Position numbers and translations under genes: made by a program. Shown in pieces: positions 39,981 through 51,900 of a DNA stretch of 64,000 nucleotides. The notes under the pieces were generated by a model, which saw nothing but the letters and a program-made list of their open reading frames with translations, had not been told where the DNA came from and did no database searches. Each line of letters starts with the position of its first letter. The stretch's first letter is position 1. Origin of the DNA: Macrostomum hystrix (lineage: Eukaryota > Animalia > Platyhelminthes); contig CATNEN010000012.1 in assembly GCA_950097015.1 (NCBI GenBank), positions 310,001 to 374,000 on the forward strand, in the 5' to 3' direction.

Positions 39981-40782
39981 GCTATAGTGTGTGTATGCGT
40001 GTTTGAATTGGAAAGCCTGGGTTATAATTTTTTCAGATCTGCCATTAGTTTGCTTCCGTTTGTGTTAAAATATATAGTTTTAGTATAAAAGCCAACGTTT
40101 TATTGAGGCGGTGTATTTCTACGGAGTGAAAATGTGGCTGTTTAAGTTTAAATGCTGTAAAGTTGTGTCTTACCATTATTATTGAAGTAAGTGTATATTT
40201 ATTCGTTTTATCACAATCTCTTGTTTCAATTATATCAGATGTTAAAAAAGATTTGTAATCTGAGATTTGTGTTTTGTTAAACTTTGATAACATGATCACG
40301 ATCATAACAATATCAATTGCACAAACTGTATCTGGTAGCCTTTAATAGTAAAATCTGTACTACTATTTTGTGTGCTTTTATAAGCTAAAATTAAACATTG
40401 ATAAATTATGCGCAATTGTTTGTATGTACAACTGGCATTTACTGTGGTGTTTCACTCAACATTAACATTTGCTTTTCACATAAATGTATCTTGTTTCTAA
40501 TATAACGACGCTTCAAAACTATAAAACGCTCTTTTACTAATCGAATAGCTTTATTGTTCTAGCTGTTAATATGGTATGCTCATTTATACAATAGCACACA
40601 GTGTCGCCTAATATAAAAACTGTTTGTTATCATTATAAATTGTATTTGTTTTTATTTCACAGAAACTTTATTACTCGTAGTTCTTATGTCGATACATTAT
40701 AAGTTGTGCACAGTAAGGATTTAGGTTAGGGTTGCACGATTTTTTTGTTTTATTGTCGATGGTTCTAATGTCGAAGGATCGA

Positions 40783-42845
40783 TGGATTTAGGGTCGCAGC
40801 ATCCATGTGAGGGGATTTAGGGTCGCAGCATCCATGTAAGGGGATTTAGGGAAGCAGCATCCATGTGAGGGGATTTAGGGTCGCAGCATCCATGTGAGGG
40901 GATTTAGGGAAGCAGCATCCATGTGAGGGGTTTTAGGGAAGCAGCATCCATGTGAGAGGATTTAGGGTCGCAGCATCCATGTGAGGGGTTTTAGGGTCGC
41001 AGCATCCATGTGAGGGGTTTTAGTGTCGCAGCATCCATGTGAGGGGTTTTAGTGTCGCAGCATCCATGTGAGGGGTTTTAGGGAAGCAGCATCCATGTGA
41101 GGGGATTTAGGGAAGCAGCATCCATGTGAGAGGATTTAGGGTCGCAGCATCCATGTGAGGGGTTTTAGGGTCGCAGCATCCATGTGAGGGGCTTTAGTGT
41201 CGCAGCATCCATGTGAGGGGTTTTAGGGAAGCAGCATCCATGTGAGGGGATTTAGGGTCGCAGCATCCATGTGAGGGGTTTTAGGGAAGCAGCATCCATG
41301 TGAGGGGATTTAGGGAAGCAGCATCCATGTGAGGGGTTTTAGGGTCGCAGCATCCATGTGAGGGGTTTTAGGGTCGCAGCATCCATGTGAGGGGTTTTAG
41401 GGAAGCAGCATCCATGTGAGGGGATTTAGGGTCGCAGCATCCATGTGAGAGGATTTAGGGTCGCAGCATCCATGTGAGGGGATTTAGGGTCGCAGCATCC
41501 ATGTGAGAGGATTTAGGGTCGCAGCATCCATGTGAGAGGATTTAGGGTCGCAGCATCCATGTGAGGGGATTTAGGGTCGCAGCATCCATGTGAGGGGATT
41601 TAGGGTCGCAGCATCCATGTGAGGGGTTTTAGGGAAGCAGCATCCGTGTGAGGGGTTTTAGGGAAGCAGCATCCATGTGAGAGGATTTAGGGTCGCAGCA
41701 TCCATGTGAGGGGATTTAGGGTCGCAGCATCCATGTGAGGGGATTTAGGGTCGCAGCATCCATGTGAGGGGATTTAGGGTCGCAGCATCCATGTGAGAGG
41801 ATTTAGGGTCGCAGCATCCATGTGAGGGGATTTAGGGTCGCAGCATCCATGTGAGGGGTTTTAGGGTCGCAGCATCCATGTGAGGGGTTTTAGGGTCGCA
41901 GCATCCATGTGAGGGGTTTTAGGGAAGCAGCATCCATGTGAGGGGATTTAGGGTCGCAGCATCCATGTGAGAGGATTTAGGGTCGCAGCATCCATGTGAG
42001 GGGATTTAGGGTCGCAGCATCCATGTGAGAGGATTTAGGGTCGCAGCATCCATGTGAGGGGATTTAGGGTCGCAGCATCCATGTGAGGGGTTTTAGGGTC
42101 GCATCATCCATGTGAGGGGTTTTAGGGAAGCAGCATCCATGTGAGGGGATTTAGGGAAGCAGCATCCATGTGAGGGGTTTTAGGGAAGCAGCATCCATGT
42201 GAGGGGTTTTAGGGAAGCAGCATCCATGTGAGGGGATTTAGGGAAGCAGCATCCATGTGAGGGGTTTTAGGGAAGCAGCATCCATGTGAGGGGTTTTAGG
42301 GAAGCAGCATCCATGTGAGGGGTTTTAGGGAAGCAGCATCCATGTGAGGGGTTTTAGGGAAGCAGCATCCATGTGAGGGGTTTTAGGGTCGCAGCATCCA
42401 TGTGAGGGGTTTTAGGGTCGCAGCATCCATGTGAGGGGTTTTAGGGAAGCAGCATCCATGTGAGGGGATTTAGGGTCGCAGCATCCATGTGAGGGGTTTT
42501 AGGGAAGCAGCATCCATGTGAGGGGATTTAGGGAAGCAGCATCCATGTGAGAGGATTTAGGGTCGCAGCATCCATGTGAGGGGATTTAGGGAAGCAGCAT
42601 CCATGTGAGGGGTTTTAGGGAAGCAGCATCCATGTGAGGGGATTTAGGGTCGCAGCATCCATGTGAGGGGTTTTAGGGAAGCAGCATCCATGTGAGGGGA
42701 TTTAGGGAAGCAGCATCCATGTGAGGGGTTTTAGGGTCGCAGCATCCATGTGAGGGGTTTTAGGGAAGCAGCATCCATGTGAGGGGTTTTAGGGAAGCAG
42801 CATCCATGTGAGGGGTTTTAGGGTCGCAGCATCCATGTGAGGGGA
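40783..42845. repeat. 29-bp G-rich minisatellite (GCAGCATCCATGTGAGGGGATTTAGGGTC) containing TTAGGG
   Basis: About 70 direct repeats. Confidence 0.97.
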
Positions 42846-42998
42846 GAGTCGCACTATTCGTTAAGGGTTTTAGGGTTGCAGTGTTTTTGAGTCGTTTTTT
42901 CAATGTTGGTGTTTACAGTGGGATTCTAATATAATATTCGCAGAGCAATACTCACGCCAGCAAACTATTGGCACTTATTCTGTTTGCAGCCCGCACAC

Positions 42999-45900
42999 AT
43001 GGCAGACGTTCTGGCGCCTCACTCTAGCCTTCTGCCTCCGGGCAATAGTTTCTCTCCGCTGACGCTATTCGAGTCCACCATCACCAACGCCCAGATGCTG
43101 GTGGAGTCCATGGCCGAGCGGGAGCTGTTCTCCGCCTTGAAGATTATCGGCAATCTGCACAGCCACGTGGTGCACTCCATGGAGCCGCGCTACTGTCGCG
43201 CCTTTGATCGTAGCGACCGCCTAGCCGAACTGGAGGCAGCTGGCCTTGTTGCCAGCGTCTCCGGACAGCAGCAGCAACATCAGCAGCAGCTGCTGCATCG
43301 AGAATCGACAGCCGCTTCGTCCATGTCTGTGGGGATCAGCGCCAAGGAGGAGAAGGCCGCCTCGCTAGGTGATCTTGGCGGCGCTAGCAGCGTTCTTGGC
43401 GCCGCTCTTGGCGCCATTAAGGTCAGCTTTGCTTAATTTAGTATTGCTCAGACTGTATGTAATCAGTGGGTCTTTGACCTCCCAGGTAATAGTCGATGGA
43501 TAATCGATCTGGGTCTTTGTCCTCCCCAGGTAATAATCTAGGGATAACTGATCTGGGTATTTCTCCTCTCGGTTAATAGTCTAGGGATAACTGATCTGGG
43601 TATTTCTCCTCTCGGGTAATAGTCTAGGGATAACTGATCTGGGTCTTTGTCTTCCTCTGGTAATAGTCTAGGGGGAACTGATCTGGGTCTTTGTCTTCCT
43701 CTGGTAATAGTCTAGGGGGAACTGATCTGGGTCTTTGTCTTTCTCTGGTAATAGTCTAAGGATAACTGATTTGGGTCTTTGTCCTCCCCAGATAATACTC
43801 GAGATAGTCTGTGTGTTCTTGACATCCTCTTGTCATTGTTACTAAGGATCATTGACCTACCTGTCTTGCCCTTGTACTGCTTTGGCTACTAAATATTGAG
43901 CCTACAAATATAATTAGAATTCCCCTAGCGCTGCACTCGCCACTGCCCGCCAATCTTCAGGTTGAAGGCGACGAATACGAAGCGGACGAGGAAGAAGAAG
44001 ATGATTGCATGATCACGGAAGAGCTGAACGACGACAGTCTTAGTGCCGGATTCCCCTACGCCAAGATGCCCCGACTGGACTTATCCGCTGACTATTCCGG
44101 CGCCGGTGCTAGCGCCTTTGGCATTGGCGGCGGCGGTGGAGGCGTTGGCGGAGACGTGCCAGCCGAATGCAAGACAATCATGCGACGCGCCTATAAAACA
44201 CTGAAAGGAAATGGACCGCACCTGTTCGACTTTAGTATGCCGTGAGTTGGCCTTCGAAACTTGTGCAATTTTTCATGAACCAGCCAGTGAGTAATCGCAA
44301 TTATAATCAACAACAATGGCCGACATGATTATGTGATTAAATTTTGTGAGCATAAATGTTTTGCTTATATCGATGGTTTTTTGTCACCGGGTCCCCGACG
44401 GGAATCGTTGAATATCTCGACGAAGCCGATGTTGTGTGATTCTGGAAGTTGTCTCTTCGGATAGAGCGCAAATTTTAGCCCGTGTTCTGCATTTTCACGG
44501 CGATTGGTTGAATATTTTGAGAGAATATTTTCAGTTTAACAGTAAAAAATGTGGATATTTGAAGCACCAATGGTCTTTATACAGTTGAGCTTTGCGACGT
44601 TTTCGCCCCATTGGGCCAAATGTGCAGCCATTGCGCGGCGCATATCAAGGCTGCGTACGGCTGTTCAGTCCACGGACTGGGGGGACGCCACACCCACCCT
44701 CAAGTACCCCAGCTAATGCTGGCACCCATTTAAGGACACAGATTGTTCCAGTGGAGTCTCGAATCGAACCCCCGACCTTCAAGTCGAGATTCCGACACTA
44801 TAACCACTAGGCTACAACTCCTAAGCATCTACGCAGATTTGTGTTATTTTCTGCGCCATCTCACACCGCAGATTCTCTGCCGAGGCCAATCAACAAGTAG
44901 CCGCCATGGTCATGTCCAAGGCCAAGGAAATGGCGGAAGGCAAAGGCTGGCCGGATGACGTTTGGCAAAGTGAGTCTCAAATTGCTGTATTTCTATCACC
45001 TGTGTACTAGCCAACTTAGTTTCATAAATGCAGGAGGTGCGAGAGGCTGTTAATTGCATACCTTAGTTTAGCGAATCAACATTTGTCCTTTGTTATCGAT
45101 TGATAAAATCATTAAAAGTGGAGAATAAAATTTACTTATTGCAATTAAGTCATAGCCTGAGTCTAATTATCCCGGCTAGAGATTTTCAATTGCGTCTCTT
45201 GCACTGCCTGCATAGCAAATAAAAGTATTAGCTTAGTACATACCATTGTGCATTTGAAATACTCTCTTAATACTACTTGCAAGTACAGGCACTATATTGT
45301 TGCTAAAAAGTAAAAACAAGTCTTCTAACCCACTGTTTATTGTCTTTCTCCTTGCCTACACTTGGTCTGGAAACGTCGCAAGTTCTTTGGCTTGAGCAAA
45401 TTTTATCTATAGTGTTAGGCTTTTAGGTTTAGAAAAAATTAATAACTACCGAAATTTCTGTTTCATCTCCTTTACTTGAGTTCATAAATTAATTTTGTCT
45501 CCATGCGTGCTCTAATATTTATTAAATTGTTGCCTAAAGACTGACGCAACATTTTGCGATCAAAACTAAACTAACCTGTATGAATTAATTAACTAATCAA
45601 TCATTAATTGCTAAATTGTTGACCTATTCTCTTTGCCAGGTCTGACGTGTGTTTTTGCTCGAATTATGCAATATAGCTGCATTGTACTTCTGATCGCTGA
45701 ATATAAAGCTGTATTTGTTACGGCCTAGATAGAACTTATAATATGCAACACCCTGTGTTGTAGGATTGCTAAGGCGCTGTGTAGCCATGTTCGCTGAGTT
45801 CCGTCGGGACATGCGGCTTAGATTGAGAAATTCAGTAAGTGTTTTCAAGTGTGGCGCTTAATTGATCATGTTTAAATGGACTCAGCGGCTGGGTAGGTGT

Positions 45901-48900
45901 GGCCAAAAATACTGGGTTACCAGGCTAAATCTCGAATGTAATCATTTCTTCTTACTACAAACGGTACATCTGCACATCGCACAGCCAAATGGTTCAATTA
46001 ATTTACAAGCAAAGTCAAATCAACTTTGTTGGCTTTGAAACTCAATAATATAAGCTCAGTGTGCAATAGTGCACGCTGCTTATGTACGGTGACATTGGCT
46101 TAAGGGATTCCTAGTTTAGATGTCCTTTAGCGATGAAGGAAACTAAGGCTGCTGCGTTTCCAGAAAATGTCTGGCTTCCCTTGGTCCAAGCAACAACCTT
46201 TATTTTAAGGTCGTTACCTTGTGTCAAAATTAATTTCAGAGCTACCCAAAGACGGCCGTATTAGTTTTATATTTTCGTCTTTTAGATTAAATGCGAGAAA
46301 TCGTCTAAAATCTTATGTAAGTAACTCAGTAAAGGTCTATTGAGCAAGCTATGTAAAATAGTTAAACTGTCCTTCTACCACTGAGACAGCTCAAACGATG
46401 AGGTTCCGTTTCCAGGCGAAGTTAAATTTCAAAAATTAAAATAAACCTTTTGCTGCACCGTTTTCTAAACAAACTAAGGCCGATTACACACCAAAATCAC
46501 CATGCAACAACAACGCATTGAATTTCAGAACTGCCTAAAGAGGGTCGCATACCTATTATTTTCAAATCGTTTAGAACTGACGCTAAGAAACGTTTTAAAG
46601 CTCTTGTAAGTTGGCCTTGTCGGAATCTGCTTCAGAAATGCGAGCATTTAATCCTTATTTGCTGTCTTTGTTGCTTCTTAATTTCTTGCTTTCTTTATGA
46701 TCTTGCCGCTGCATTTCCTCTTAAGTAGCAGTTCTGCTGTGTAACTTAGGATTTCAGTCGAGAGGGTGATTTTTGTGTCCCTGAGCAATATGCTTCATTT
46801 CCAATGGCTTCGGTTTTACCCGGCATTAGCTTTAGTAGAAAAAATTCAAGAGAGTTTGGCTGCCTCCAGTCCATGGACTGAACAGCTGTACATAGCCTTT
46901 AGATGCGCCGCGAACTAGCTGCGGCAGCGTCACTGGCTGTACATCAACCTATATGGTGCTAAAAGTACATGCAAGTGTTTAGAAGAGTCATCGTTTTCTA
47001 TTAAATATCCCAGAAAATGTATTAAGCATTGAAACTATGATTTCAGGACTGCCGAGTGAAAACCGAACTTCCACAGTGTTTTCTAAGTTGCGCTTCAGCT
47101 CTAGACACACACTGAAACTCAATGTGAGAGTTTAGTTCTCTTTCTCACCAGCTCATTCTCACATTTGCTTTGTCATTTTCAAACTTTAAGCAAAGATATT
47201 TCGGGGCTTTTCGGACAAAGTACAGGATTGTAGAATGCAGGCTTCATGTGCACTGAAATCTAAAAATAGTCCATCTTTCTTGTGACGTTTCTGAGGTAAA
47301 GAGAATGAACAGAACTACCCCCCTTGGACTATTACGTCGCTAATATCTGACAGCCGGAACACATGTGTCAAACTCCGATTGCAGATTTGCCGTACAAGGC
47401 CAGACCGGACAGAGTATTTTGTCATATACGCAGCGCACTTAGGGCAAAGTACAGAGAAAATGTAAGGATTGCCGCCTATTATTTGTATAGTGTTGCGAGC
47501 TAATTGTTGGTCCTCTAAAGTTGACGCAGGTGGAAATGGGATTTTGAATCTCCGCCTTAGGAGAAATTGCTCGTGTCCTTGAATTAAGACGCCAAATTCC
47601 ACTTTACTTTATTCAGTTCAGCCAGCTGCAAAATTGGTAGGTCTTACCCAACTGATAAGTCTCATTTCTGTCTTATCTATTTACTGATTTCTGTTGTAGC
47701 CTTCTAGAAAGCTAATAAAATTCGCAGTTTAATTGGGATCCATTGATTTCTTCATCTGAGCTATGACGACGTTTTCAGCGCTAGACATCATCATTAGGCA
47801 GTGAATTCTTCGTATTTTATTAGCCATGTTATTGGCAATTTGCAGAGCTGCCCTACGCGTCTCGCACTATATTCCTGTTTATTGACTTGCGCAGGAAGAT
47901 GCGTTTCCGATTTAGAAGCTTTGTAAGCTCTGCTTTGTCATGCTTTAGCTTAGAATAATGGCATTTATTCTAGGGCGGGATACTGCGTGAGACTGCGGAC
48001 AGAGATGAAGCCTCAGCAGCTTGCGATGTTTGCCCCCCCCATACCCCCACCTTGTTAGCAATTTTCACAAATATTCATCCTGATTATACAAACAAAATAC
48101 TGATCCCGCTTGCAGACCTCCCCAAGGACAGTCGTATTAACTATCTGCACTCTAATTTTGGTACTAAAATTCGTGCAAAATATCGGATTAGCGTAAGTCC
48201 AGCGTAATTAGAAAAGAATTTGCGACTTTCATTGCAGCCTTCTTTAGAAAGAATCTTACAATAAAGATCGAGTTTTCAAACCGCTTTTACTGCCGCTCAT
48301 TCCATTCCGCTTCCTAAAAAGGGATTCCTACCCCGTGTAGGCCGCTGTACATATTTCAAAACTTTCGCTCAAGAAGCCGCATGAAACTAAGGCTGAATGT
48401 AAGTAGCCTGTTGCGCGCATGCATGCTTTATTTGAGAAATTTCTAATTTAATTAGATCCACGTCTACTAAGCTACAACTGGCGCCGTTTCCAAACAAAAA
48501 CCAATTGAGGTCAAATAAAAGATTAAGAAAGTTTTTAAAAAATCCTCAGCTAAATAGCCTCACATTAGCTAGCAAAATACGAAATTTCTGCGCCTAATTT
48601 TCAGGGATTCCATGCCGAGGCCGCATACTATACATGTTCTCCGATTTTTCACTAAAGGCCCGGTCTAAATTCAAGCAGCTAGTGAGTAGTTTCGGCCCAT
48701 CAGAGTAGCCATATATTGCTGCGATTGTTTAAACACGCCTAGTTGACGTTTCCACTCCAAAACCAGAGTGCAAAATCCAATAGATGGTTAATGCGAACTC
48801 TCCATATTTATGCACATTCAATTGGAATAATATCGCATTGTAGACTTACCCAAGGCTGGCAGGTTGTCTGTAATATTTAGCGATTTCAAACGACAAGTGC

Positions 48901-51900
48901 ACGACAAGTACCGCGGTCTAGTAAGATTACACAATTTAAAGCATAGCTTTGTCTCTAGTATAGTTGCTGAAGCCAAAGACTCTGACAATGGATGTTGTCA
49001 GGCGACTCGCCTCCGAGGTTAACGGTAGAAAGACCATGCAATTTTACCCTTCAAATACCCACTGCGCTTTGCAATTAACTAACCTCCAAAGCCGTGCGAC
49101 GTCAGCATTGTCGATGCCGATGTTTTGTGCTTCTGGGAGGTTAGTTCATCGGATAGAGTGGAGAATTTTAACCCATACTCAGGATTTTCATGGCGATAGG
49201 TTTAATATTTTAGCAGATAAAATATTGAAAAATACTGAAAAATAATAAAAAGATGGGTATCTGGAATACCCCCTGGTCTTTCTACTGTTAATGATTTTCC
49301 AGTATTTTTCTGGCTGCTTTAGCGATTTCTTGCTGTCAATCTAGTCTTGCCGCTGTATCTCTGTCAGTCGCTACCTAATCATTTTGTTCTCTAATGCAGG
49401 GCTGCCAAAGGCTGGCCGACTCTGCGAGATATTCAGAGACTTTGGGAAACAGATTCGGACTAAACTGCGGCTAAGCGTAAATTGCGATTATCATCGATTT
49501 CATTGCTAAAGCCATAGGAATCCGAGCCCTACTTTATATATATAATTGCAGAAGAACTGCCCATTCTGCCTATTTCGCTGACTCCTGAGCACACACGCAC
49601 ATGGATACTGTACGCAGGCACACGCTCACCCAGTTGTGCACATCTGCCCTGATTTTTTCATCGTCAGGCAGTGTACACTCACTGTGCCGCCCTTAATAAG
49701 TGTGGCCTCGCCGCGGAATCGAGCTCAAGGACCTTGGTGCGGGGGGGCAAACGCGTTAGACCGCTCCGCCACTCGCCCCCCCTAAGCCCTACTATCAATC
49801 TTGTCACCTTTCATCTTTTAATTCCGCTTCGAGAGGCTAGAGCTTCGGACTCGGGCCGAGAAGTCGAAAGTTCGAACCTCAGACCAAGAGAGACAGTTTG
49901 TATGCTTGAGCACGGCAATTAATTTGCCTAGAGTGCTTTATTTCACCCAGCTGTAAAATGGGTACCAGCAATAGCTAGGGGAGAAATTTATCTGTGTAGC
50001 GGTCTCCCCTGTCCAGAATCCAGATTGAATATCTGTAAACAGCCTTTCGGTGCGTTGCACAATGGCTGTAGCTGTGCCACTGGCTGTACATCTGGCCCAA
50101 CTGGGCTAGGTGTCGTTTCTATATCTTTAATAAATAAGCTTTTTTACAATATCTTAGAATCCCAAATTAGTACTATTTCCCTAATTTAATGCCTTCTTAC
50201 TGCAGGGCTGCCAAAGACTGGCCGGCTGTGCGAGATTTTCTGGGACTTTGGGAAACAGATTCGACTCAAACTGCGGCTGACTGTAATTAGTTCCATCTGT
50301 GGCATCGATTTGCTGAATGCATGTGCCATGCCGCCAATGCGGGAAAGCTCTGACTGCCTCAATTCTGATTCCTTCCCGTATTTTCTCTATTTTCTATTTG
50401 ATGATCTGTCTGGAGACACTAGTTGTTTAAGACATTTGGTTAGCCGTTATTACAGACTCCATCCATTGCTGTTAATACTATTTATCATTACTTCCTGCAC
50501 AGGATTGCCAAGGACTAGCCGAATGATTGACATTTTCTGGGACTTTAGAAAGATTATGCGCTCCAAATTGCGCAACCAAGTAATTAATTGGGGTTAAGTT
50601 TCCAGTGGCACAGTTCTTTTATAGACGTATTATCTTCCTCTATTCGGTAAGAGTATCGTGCTAATTTGAAATGGTACGACATTTTCATGCCTTTCATCTA
50701 TCATACACTCATAATACACTATTGTACAGTCCCACCCCGTCCCTACCTGCAACCCTAATCCCTTGCCTCTGCAGTTTCATCCCATTTTAATCATTACCCT
50801 CCCTTCAGCTGAATCCCTTCCCTCCGTTCAGCTGAATCCCTTCCCTCCGTTCAGCTGAATCCCTTCCCTCCGTTCAGCTGAATCCCTTCCCTCCGTTCAG
50901 CTGAATCCCTTCCCTCCGTTCAGCGGAATCCCTTCCCTCCGTTCAGCTGAATCCCTTCCCTCCGTTCAGCTGAATCCCCTCCCTCCGTTCAGCTGAATCC
51001 CTTCCCTCCGTTCAGCTGAATCCCTTCCCTCCGTTCAGCGGAATCCTTCCCTCCGTTCAGCTGAATCCCTTCCCTCCGTTCAGCTGAATCCCTTCCCTCC
51101 GTTCAGCCTAATCCCTTCCCTCCGTTCAGCTGAATCCCTTCCCTCCGTTCAGCTGAATCCCTTCCCTCCGTTCAGCTGAATCCCTTCCCTCCGTTCAGCT
51201 GAATCCCTTCCCTCCGTTCAGCTGAATCCCTTCCCTCCGTTCAGCTGAATCCCTTCCCTCCGTTCAGCTGAATCCCTTCCCTCCGTTCAGCTGAATCCCT
51301 TCCCTCCGTTCAGCTGAATCCCTTCCCTCCGTTCAGCGGAATCCTTCCCTCCGTTCAGCTGAATCCCTTCCCTCCGTTCAGCTGAATCCCTTCCCTCCGT
51401 TCAGCCTAATCCCTTCCCTCCGTTCAGCTGAATCCCTTCCCTCCGTTCAGCTGAATCCCTTCCCTCCGTTCAGCTGAATCCCTTCCCTCCGTTCAGCTGA
51501 ATCCCTTCCCTCCGTTCAGCTGAATCCCTTCCCTCCGTTCAGCTGAATCCCTTCCCTCCGTTCAGCTGAATCCCTTCCCTCCGTTCAGCTGAATCCCTTC
51601 CCTCCGTTCAGCTGAATCCCTTCCCTCCCATCAGCCTAATCCCTTCCCTCCGTTCAGCTGAATCCCTTCCCTCCGTTCAGCTGAATCCCTTCCCTCCGTT
51701 CAGCCTAATCCCTTCCCTCCGTTCAGCGGAATCCCTTCCCTCCGTTCAGCTGAATCCCTTCCCTCCGTTCAGCTGAATCCCTTCCCTCCGTTCAGCTGAA
51801 TCCCTTCCCTCCGTTCAGCTGAATCCCTTCCCTCCGTTCAGCGGAATCCTTCCCTCCGTTCAGCTGAATCCGTTTTCCCCTTGCAGTAAAACCAATGTTC

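Noticed and set aside
45525-45580. LPKD*R..ILRSKLN* resembling a decayed cassette; similar hint at about 46106-46170
   Set aside because: Stops in frame, no acceptor or wrong length; too short to distinguish from chance.
45640-45710. Possible extra 71-nt cassette (S)LTCVFARIMQYSCIVLLIAEYKA |GTATTT
   Set aside because: Weak motif match and weak donor; could be chance.
46758-46834. Possible 14th cassette: ATTTCAG| 77-nt open frame (I)ERVIFVSLSNMLHFQWLRFYPALAL |GTAGAA
   Set aside because: Right length and phase, but it lacks P3, R7 and the basic end and has a weak donor; not counted without junction reads.
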